This document shows positions 56,935-64,000 of a stretch of DNA of 64,000 nucleotides, piece by piece. Origin of the DNA: Patescibacteria group bacterium. GTDB taxonomy: Bacteria > Patescibacteriota > Patescibacteriia > UBA9934. Below the pieces are notes generated by a model. That model was not told where the DNA came from. It did no database searches and saw only the letters and a program-made list of their open reading frames with translations. The translations under genes and the position numbers were made by a program. Where the stretch lies: the NCBI GenBank assembly GCA_038064675.1, contig JBBTSM010000002.1, positions 145,852-209,851 of the forward strand, written 5' to 3'. How positions within the stretch are numbered: the stretch's first letter is position 1; every line of letters starts with the position of its first letter.

Positions 56935-58063
56935 AATCTTTGTGGAGCGATCATTGCGCATCGCTATTGTTACTCCAGTCTATCCGCCATACCGCGGCGG
57001 CATTGGGACAGTTGCGGATCACGATGCGCGGTGTTTGCGAGCGCTTGGCCAGACTGTCGATGTCTTTACTCCGACGCATAATGTTCCCACGAAGGCCGAG
57101 GCGGGAATTACCCGGCTTCAGCCGTTTTATGCGTGGGGGAACGGCGCGGTGCTCCTCGATCTCGTGAGGAAGCTGCGAGGATACGACATTGTGCATCTCC
57201 ATTATCCTTTTTTTGGAAGCGATATTCTTGCAGCATTTGCGGCGAAGCTGTGGAGCATCCCACTCGTCGCGACGTATCACATGCGTCCAAAAGCATCGGG
57301 AATTCTCGGGTTTACGTTTCGCGCGTACCGATTCGTTCTTGAGCGATTTGTTTTTCAATCGGCAAAAGTGCTTTTAGTGAGTTCAAAAGAATACGCACAG
57401 GAACACGGCGTGCGCCATAGGAATATCGAAGCGCTTCCATTCGGGATCGATACGGAGCGATTCGTGCCGGGTGATCGAATCGCTGCTCGGAAAACTTTTG
57501 GGTTGAAAGAAGATATTCCAACAATCCTTTTTGTTGGCGGACTCGATCGTGCGCACTATTTTAAAGGCGTCGACGTGTTGCTCTCTGCATGTTCCGCGAT
57601 GACGATGCCGTGGCAGCTCCTCGTTGTTGGCGACGGGAACAATCGAAAGACGTTCGAGGCGCTTGCTGCTGATCTCGGTATCGCCGATCGTGTGCGTTTT
57701 GCTGGTTCGGTTCCGTTTGAGGACTTACCACGTGCATATCAGGCGGCAGAAGTTCATGTTCTTCCGTCTATCGATCGATCGGAGGCGTTCGGGCTCGTCA
57801 CGCTCGAGGCGATGTCGAGCGGCGTTCCGAGCATTGTTTCCGATCTTCCCGGCGTTCGATCGTTGATTATTCCTCATGAAACGGGAAGCCTTGTGATTCC
57901 GGGCGATGCCGCTTCGCTCACGAAGGCGCTCGATCAATATTGTGGTGACGAAAACTTCGCAAAGCACTGCGGAGAACATGCACGAATTCGCGCTTGTGCA
58001 CTTTACGACGAGCGCATTCTTGCGAAACGTCTCGTTGAGGTATACAACAGATGCATCGTATGA
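56906..58063 (+). CDS. Glycosyltransferase family 4 (start uncertain)
   Basis: VTPVYPPYRGGI, HLHYPF, FVGGLD..HYFKG, EAFGLVTLEAM. Confidence 0.92.
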   Translation: MLLIDRNVRKIFVERSLRIAIVTPVYPPYRGGIGTVADHDARCLRALGQTVDVFTPTHNVPTKAEAGITRLQPFYAWGNGAVLLDLVRKLRGYDIVHLHYPFFGSDILAAFAAKLWSIPLVATYHMRPKASGILGFTFRAYRFVLERFVFQSAKVLLVSSKEYAQEHGVRHRNIEALPFGIDTERFVPGDRIAARKTFGLKEDIPTILFVGGLDRAHYFKGVDVLLSACSAMTMPWQLLVVGDGNNRKTFEALAADLGIADRVRFAGSVPFEDLPRAYQAAEVHVLPSIDRSEAFGLVTLEAMSSGVPSIVSDLPGVRSLIIPHETGSLVIPGDAASLTKALDQYCGDENFAKHCGEHARIRACALYDERILAKRLVEVYNRCIV

Positions 58064-59274
58064 AAATTGGAATCGTCACCAATCTCTATCCACCGCATGC
58101 ACGTGGCGGTGCAGAAAACGTCATTGTCCGCACGGTTGAGCAGCTTTTAGGCATGGGGCATGATATTTTTATCATTACCGGCCAGCCAAAGGAGAAAGGC
58201 GTTGGTATTTCCGTTGGGCAAATGAGTGTTGAGCGCGTGTATCGGTTTTTTCCAAAAAACGTGTATTTTACCATCGACGATTATAAACATTCCTGGCCTG
58301 TACGCTTGCTTTGGCACATCATCGACGCATTCTCATTCAGTGGGAGTTCAGCGGTTTCGGAGATTCTTGCAGACGAGAAGCCTGATGTTGTCGTAACTCA
58401 TAACCTGAAAGGCATCGGCTTGCGAATTCCTGGGGCGATTCAGGCAATGAACATTCCGCACGTGCATATCATGCACGACTTGCAACTCGTTATTCCTTCC
58501 GGACTTCGAATGTTCGGACAGGAAAAGGAGCCATGGTATTCAAAGCCTGGATATATCATCTACCGAGCAATTTGTCGTGCTCGGCTCGGTAAGCCTTCGC
58601 TAGTCATCTCTCCTTCACAATTTCTTATCGATGAATATAAGAAGGTTGGATATTTTAAGAATGCCGATGTTCGATTCGTCCCAAATCCATCGCCAAAACC
58701 TTCCGATGTTCTTCGCGATCCGCATCGTTCCGGCCCACTGCGACTCTTGTTTATTGGACAGTTGGGGTATCACAAAGGCCTGGCGTTTTTACTCGACGCG
58801 TTTTCAAAGTACGAAGGTGATGCGCGATTACAAATCGTTGGTGGCGGTCCGCTAAGGGCTTTGGTCGAGGAACGCGCCCAGCACGATAAGCGTATTGTGT
58901 ATTTGGGATACACGCCGCAGGAGGAGGTGATGAAATGTATTGCTGCGGTGGACGCAGTGGTGGTTCCAAGCCTGTGCTATGAGAATTCTCCAACCGTGAT
59001 TTACGAAGCGTTGTCGGCAGGTATTCCGTTGATTGCATCAAGGATTGGCGGTGTTGGTGAATTGATCCAAGATGGGAAAACGGGTTTGCTTTTCACGCCT
59101 GGCGATGAATCCGATGTGTTGCGTGCTATCCGAAGAATGGACGCCGAAAAGGATGCGTATGCGACTCGTGGAGAAGTCATGCGAGAGAGTATCGCTCCGT
59201 ACGTCCTCTCAAAATATGCAGAACGATTCGTCGAGCTTCTTACTGAGGCTATTGCGCACTCTCTTCGTTCGTAA
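58051..59274 (+). CDS. Glycosyltransferase family 4
   Basis: YPPHARGGAE, FIGQLGYHKG, ENSPTVIYEA. Confidence 0.93.
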   Translation: MHRMKIGIVTNLYPPHARGGAENVIVRTVEQLLGMGHDIFIITGQPKEKGVGISVGQMSVERVYRFFPKNVYFTIDDYKHSWPVRLLWHIIDAFSFSGSSAVSEILADEKPDVVVTHNLKGIGLRIPGAIQAMNIPHVHIMHDLQLVIPSGLRMFGQEKEPWYSKPGYIIYRAICRARLGKPSLVISPSQFLIDEYKKVGYFKNADVRFVPNPSPKPSDVLRDPHRSGPLRLLFIGQLGYHKGLAFLLDAFSKYEGDARLQIVGGGPLRALVEERAQHDKRIVYLGYTPQEEVMKCIAAVDAVVVPSLCYENSPTVIYEALSAGIPLIASRIGGVGELIQDGKTGLLFTPGDESDVLRAIRRMDAEKDAYATRGEVMRESIAPYVLSKYAERFVELLTEAIAHSLRS

Positions 59275-61255
59275 AGATAAACACCGTTGTTTTTCCGCCA
59301 TCAACAGCAAACCAGTCGTCGGTTTGCTGTTTTGCGTTTTCAATAATGGCATCGCTCTTCCACCAATAATCGCTTACGACGAAATACGCCTTTGGAACGC
59401 CGGCGAGAGCCATTGCTGAGCCCACCGTTTCCTTCGTGGGTGCGGTGTTGACCATGGAAAGATATGACTGGTAGAGCGCTCCTCCTGTTGGAATCGGGTA
59501 ATAGAAGATATCGGTGTGATAGTACTTTCGGAACCCAAATTCTTGGAGCGCGGCTGCAGCGGTTGCTTGATTAGAAAGCACGATGTAATCTGCGTTATCG
59601 GCCTCGCGTTGGTGGATGGCGTATACCGTATCGAAGTCGGCTTGACTCACATTGAATGCGGCGGAACGAACGTAGCCATCGTGGCGAGGATATAGACCGT
59701 AGACTGTTGCTGTACTCACAATGAAAAGCGCAACGAATGCAGCAGCAGATCGAGATCGCGAGGAATAGCCTGCGTAATCGACGATCGTTCGAATCGTTTC
59801 ATCTGCAATCGGAAGCGCAAAAATTGTTGCGAGCAGCAAAAGGCGAAGCGCAAAGTCTTGGCGTTCGTAGTTGATGAGATATGAGAAATCGATTCCCAGT
59901 GAGACGATGATGAACGAGACGAAGAGACTCATCATCAAGATTCCTGAATCATTTGTTGACGGAGTTTTTGATCGGCGACGCATGATTATGCCAGCGAGAC
60001 CAAGGACGAGAATGATGGATGAAAGGTTCCCAACAACGAGGTACATCCCATCGAGCCATGTACTGCCGTGAGAGAAGAGAAATCCGGAGAGCGGAAGCTC
60101 ATTGAGTTTCCAAAGGTTGCTCAAAGAAAAAGATACTGGCGCGTGGCTGATGACGGCCTGTGCAGCGAACATCATTGGCAGCGCGAGGGCCGCGCCAATT
60201 GTGAGAAGCGATCGCGCGGCTGTTTTTATCACTGACGGATTCCAAGTGCGTGTTGCGCAGAACGCCACAAAGAAACATGCTGGAACTCCGGCAATCGGGT
60301 GCGTGATGAGCGCTGCGAGTGCAAAGATGGACGGTGCAACGAGATCGCGATATCGGGTGATGGCCTTTGGAACGGTTACGATTGTGAGGATAGTAAAAAG
60401 ATACGCCAACGATTGTGGCGTTGTTGTTACAAAATTGCTTAAGGCGATGAGGAGAATGGCAATGCCGATTGGGAGTCGGCGTGCAGCGATTGTGAGTGTT
60501 ATTGCCGCAATCAGCGGCACGAGGAATGCATCGATGACAGCGATGGGAATTCCACCAAGAATATTTCCAAAAAGTTCAATCGCGTACTCGCCAATGTAGT
60601 ACAGCGGCTTTGGCGTAATTGTTCCATGCTCGGCAATGTGTGCGATTGTTGCGCGGTGAAGAAACGGATCGAAGCCATAGCCGAGTGGGAAGAGCGCAGT
60701 TGCTGATGCGAAGATCGAAAAGAGTGTGGCAAAAAGCGCGAGGGATCCGAAGAGCTTGGCTTCACGATGCAGAAGAACGAAGCTTGCGACAAGCGCTACC
60801 GCTGGGGCGATGATGCTGATTGGTGAAAGAACGAGCCATGGGGATCGAGCTGCGGCCGCGATTGGTGTAGAAAGAATCGCCTGCCACCAGGCTGCAAGAG
60901 AAATGACAGTGACGAGGAGAAGGGCGGCGGTTTGACCTCGATGTTCTCCGAGGAGTGTTTGAGGAGGGCTCTGCACCACCTGCGACCGCCATCGTCGCGT
61001 CGCGTATACGATTCCGCCGATCGTGGCGATTGCAGCGGCTCCGAGCGTCAGAACATTCACGGATGTGAGGTAATAAACCGCGGAACCGGAAAGAGAGAAA
61101 CACGCTACGGCGAGAAGGACACCAATCGCGGTTGAGAGGCCTTTCGTTTCGTTGGGGAAGAGCGTTGCACCAATTCTGCGGCCAAGAACCGTCAAAAGGC
61201 CAAAGATGAGGACTAAGCTCAAGAAAATGACAGCCATAGCGTATACTGTAATCAA
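59249..61255 (-). CDS. Polytopic membrane protein, possible GT-C fold
   Basis: Many TMs; GYGFDPFLH acidic first-loop motif; soluble C-terminal domain. Confidence 0.7.
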   Translation of the reverse strand: MITVYAMAVIFLSLVLIFGLLTVLGRRIGATLFPNETKGLSTAIGVLLAVACFSLSGSAVYYLTSVNVLTLGAAAIATIGGIVYATRRWRSQVVQSPPQTLLGEHRGQTAALLLVTVISLAAWWQAILSTPIAAAARSPWLVLSPISIIAPAVALVASFVLLHREAKLFGSLALFATLFSIFASATALFPLGYGFDPFLHRATIAHIAEHGTITPKPLYYIGEYAIELFGNILGGIPIAVIDAFLVPLIAAITLTIAARRLPIGIAILLIALSNFVTTTPQSLAYLFTILTIVTVPKAITRYRDLVAPSIFALAALITHPIAGVPACFFVAFCATRTWNPSVIKTAARSLLTIGAALALPMMFAAQAVISHAPVSFSLSNLWKLNELPLSGFLFSHGSTWLDGMYLVVGNLSSIILVLGLAGIIMRRRSKTPSTNDSGILMMSLFVSFIIVSLGIDFSYLINYERQDFALRLLLLATIFALPIADETIRTIVDYAGYSSRSRSAAAFVALFIVSTATVYGLYPRHDGYVRSAAFNVSQADFDTVYAIHQREADNADYIVLSNQATAAAALQEFGFRKYYHTDIFYYPIPTGGALYQSYLSMVNTAPTKETVGSAMALAGVPKAYFVVSDYWWKSDAIIENAKQQTDDWFAVDGGKTTVFIFTNEESAQ

Positions 61256-61285
61256 TTATCCTCATGGTACACGTTTCGCTTGCTT

Positions 61286-61867
61286 ATGTCTCAGCGAGGT
61301 TTTGCAAAGCTCTATCCGCATGATCACGTCATGCGATATACGTTCGTTCCCCTGGTTCCGCGATGGATGACGCCAAACCACATCACGCTGTTCCGCATGG
61401 TTTTGACGCCGTTTGTGGTGTGGATTTTGTTTCTTGGGGACTACGCGTTGGGCATTCCGCTCTTTGTGCTTGCAGCGTTTACGGACATGCTCGACGGTTC
61501 TGTTGCGCGATTGCGGCATCAAATTACTCCGTGGGGAATATTCTTCGATCCCGTTGCCGACAAAATGCTGGTTGGCGGAGTTGCGCTCACGGTTGCATTG
61601 AAATATTTCCATCCCGTTCTTGTGTTCGTCGCTATTGCTCTGGACTTGCTTCCGGCGCTCGTCTTTCTCTCACGAAAAAATCCCGGCGGCGAGATGATGA
61701 AGGCGAATGTGTGGGGAAAGGTGAAGATGGTGCTGCAGTTTTTTGCGCTTACTGCGCTCCTTTTTGGAATATTCGTCGGGTCATCGGGACTGATTACTGC
61801 GGGTGAGGTTATTTTGGGAATTTCTTTGGGATTTGCGCTTATCGCTGCAGTCACGTATTCATTGTAG
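61286..61867 (+). CDS. CDP-alcohol phosphatidyltransferase (PgsA-like)
   Basis: TPNHITLFR, D..DG..AR......G...D..AD motif. Confidence 0.92.
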   Translation: MSQRGFAKLYPHDHVMRYTFVPLVPRWMTPNHITLFRMVLTPFVVWILFLGDYALGIPLFVLAAFTDMLDGSVARLRHQITPWGIFFDPVADKMLVGGVALTVALKYFHPVLVFVAIALDLLPALVFLSRKNPGGEMMKANVWGKVKMVLQFFALTALLFGIFVGSSGLITAGEVILGISLGFALIAAVTYSL

Positions 61868-61870
61868 CGT

Positions 61871-63457
61871 ATGAATACTCGTTTTCGGTGGGCATTGCGC
61901 GTTGTAGCACTTGGCGCCGTTTTGATAACGATGACCTGGTTGACGGTGGGAACTCAAGGGGTTTTTGCGTCGCCAGACGAAAGCGCGAACGCTTTTTTTG
62001 CTCGAACGTTTGCGGAAACGGGATCGATGGTGGCATCCGAACCGTTGAACGCTGTTGCGCAGGGCGTTATCCATCCGCGATCAATGATCGCCCCGGGCAC
62101 CGCGATTCTTCCAACAAGTTTTCTGGGATTCCCGTTTGTCTCCGGCGGTCTCCGATACATTTTTGGAGAATTCATTCAGTATTTCTTTACGCCGATTATT
62201 GCTGCGCTCGCCATTGCGGCGCTGTGGTGGACGGTTCGTAAGCTGAGTAATAATGAGTTGCTCGCAGACTGTTCAGCATTCTTCGCGCTGATTCATCCGG
62301 CATTTTGGTACTACGGCGCGCGAGTGATGATGCCGAACGTTGCCTTTGTTTCGATGCTGATGGTCGGCGTTGCTGCGTTTGTTCTTGCATGTTCGAAACG
62401 ATCGAGCATCATTGGGTTCATTGCAGGTTTGATTTTTGCGACTGGCTTAACGATGCGCCTCGTCGAAGCACCAATGATGATGGCCGTTGTCGCCGTCGTT
62501 CTCGTCGCGTACCGAAAATCGTTGCCGTGGAAAGTGTTGTGTGGCGTTGCGATTGGTGGTGCGATTGTTCTCGGCGCGTACCTTGTTGGGAACTCTGCAC
62601 TCTACGGATCTGCATTGACGACGGGATACACACTACCGGATGCCCGATCGACTACAGACGCGGTTGTGGCGATTTCGCCGATTGCCTCTATCGGTCATTT
62701 ACTCCTTCCATTCGGATTCCATCCTCGCGCAATGGTGACGAACGTGTTTCATTACGGCTGGTGGTTGTATCCGGTTTCATCGACACTCGCCGTTATCGGT
62801 GCGTGGTTTGCGTGGACAGCAAAAGAACATCGAAAGGCATGGCGGACGTTTGTGGTATGTCTTGGTGTTGCTGCGGTTTGGATGGCGGTGGTATACGGAA
62901 GCTGGTCTGTTGCTGATAATCCGGATCCGAAAGCGATCACCATCGGCAATTCACATGTTCGATATTGGCTGCCGCTGTTCTTTGCTTCCAGTGTTCTTGT
63001 TGCGCTCGGCGTTCTTCGTATTCGAAAGAAGATGACGCACGGCCTCAAATCGACCGTTGGATCAATCATGCTCGTCGTGATTATTGCAACCTTGAGCGCA
63101 CAAACGGTGTTCTTAGGCTCCGATGGGCTTATTGCTGCCCGTGCTGCGGCAATCGCGTCCATCGAGAAACGCGCTGGAGTTCTTGCAGATACTGAGTACA
63201 ACGCCGTTGTTATCGTCGATCGTGCGGATAAATATCTTTTCCCGTATCGTCGGGTTATTGTTCCATTGCGGTCGGATTCTACGTACGCTGCAATGCCGAT
63301 GCTCGCGCCAATCGTTCCGCTCTATTACTTTGGTATTACATTCCCGCAGTCCGATCTTGAATACTTAAACAGCGAAAAGCTCGGTGCGATGGGGCTATCG
63401 ATTTCCCCGGTTGTAACGATTCAGGACGAGACGTTGTATCGAATTCAATTGAAATAG
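61871..63457 (+). CDS. Polytopic membrane protein, probable GT-C glycosyltransferase
   Basis: FASPDE first-loop motif, many TMs, RYWLP. Confidence 0.72.
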   Translation: MNTRFRWALRVVALGAVLITMTWLTVGTQGVFASPDESANAFFARTFAETGSMVASEPLNAVAQGVIHPRSMIAPGTAILPTSFLGFPFVSGGLRYIFGEFIQYFFTPIIAALAIAALWWTVRKLSNNELLADCSAFFALIHPAFWYYGARVMMPNVAFVSMLMVGVAAFVLACSKRSSIIGFIAGLIFATGLTMRLVEAPMMMAVVAVVLVAYRKSLPWKVLCGVAIGGAIVLGAYLVGNSALYGSALTTGYTLPDARSTTDAVVAISPIASIGHLLLPFGFHPRAMVTNVFHYGWWLYPVSSTLAVIGAWFAWTAKEHRKAWRTFVVCLGVAAVWMAVVYGSWSVADNPDPKAITIGNSHVRYWLPLFFASSVLVALGVLRIRKKMTHGLKSTVGSIMLVVIIATLSAQTVFLGSDGLIAARAAAIASIEKRAGVLADTEYNAVVIVDRADKYLFPYRRVIVPLRSDSTYAAMPMLAPIVPLYYFGITFPQSDLEYLNSEKLGAMGLSISPVVTIQDETLYRIQLK

Positions 63458-63502
63458 CCTGTTATTATTGATCCAAGTGTTAAAGCTTAGCTTTGCCAGA
63501 TT

Positions 63503-64000
63503 GTGAAGAATACGATTGCAAAATCTCTCATTGTCTTCGCGGCGTTGTTGCCGTTCATTTGGCTTTCATTGCTTTCGTCGTCACCGAGTGGGGAGCGGTC
63601 GGTTTCGTGGATCCCGGGATCGTTATCGCCGTTTGTACAGTCGCCGTTACCCGCCGAACGCGTCTCCGGGGCTCAAGATTCCGATCGCGGTGCATACGTT
63701 TCTATTGAGAGCGAACCGGTATATTTCTCCGTCTTTCCGCCGTCGGATGATTTTACGAGCGCAGAGGTTTCTTTGGAATTTGATCCGCACGATGCGTTTG
63801 CGGTGGAGCTCGGAGGCATGACGAATCTTGCGGCGTACGCATTCGACTTCCGCGCACTGTCGAATGCAAAGCTCGAGAACCTCTCATGGAATATTCTTCC
63901 GAACGCTGATTCGGAATCGGCGCTTACCGTATTCGCGAAAGACGACGTGAAGGCTGCTGTTCAAGACTTTGTGCTCCATCAGCCGGCTCGAACCGCTGTG
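63503..64000 (+). CDS. Hypothetical membrane-anchored protein (3'-truncated by window)
   Basis: Frame read from GTG 63503 (VKNTIAKSLIVFAALLPFIWL...EPVYFSV) appears open to the window end. Confidence 0.6.
   Translation, partial: MKNTIAKSLIVFAALLPFIWLSLLSSSPSGERSVSWIPGSLSPFVQSPLPAERVSGAQDSDRGAYVSIESEPVYFSVFPPSDDFTSAEVSLEFDPHDAFAVELGGMTNLAAYAFDFRALSNAKLENLSWNILPNADSESALTVFAKDDVKAAVQDFVLHQPARTAV

Overview
The window looks like a chromosome segment of a small-genome Patescibacteria/CPR-type bacterium. This is inferred from the DUF5667/DUF5659/DUF378-like genes, the large S-layer-like protein and the mostly SD-less start regions. In order it holds: ftsZ 3' end, nrdR, pyk; a tRNA-Asp integration hotspot with stacked modules (tyrosine-integrase island with a GHKL-ATPase/Shedu-like nuclease, then Sir2-HerA, then a HAD phosphatase, each followed by a copy of the tRNA 3' end plus hairpin); a MacAB-type exporter with a two-component system; infC-rpmI-rplT; ssrA/smpB; and a long cell-surface/glycosylation region. 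The most striking unexplained signal is five very GC-rich, myxobacterial-looking secreted-protein genes at two loci (four lipoproteins, two with MopE-like repeat units, and one putative 8-stranded outer-membrane beta-barrel). Each is its own transcription unit with an AT-rich sigma70-type promoter, a long leader and a GGAG Shine-Dalgarno that most native genes lack; three leaders share a covarying hairpin. Also present: seven copies of an intergenic ~120-bp palindromic repeat, a second two-copy inverted-repeat element, a 10-bp-periodic binding-site array and an unusually long tmRNA tag. All family assignments come from motif recognition by eye; no searches were run.
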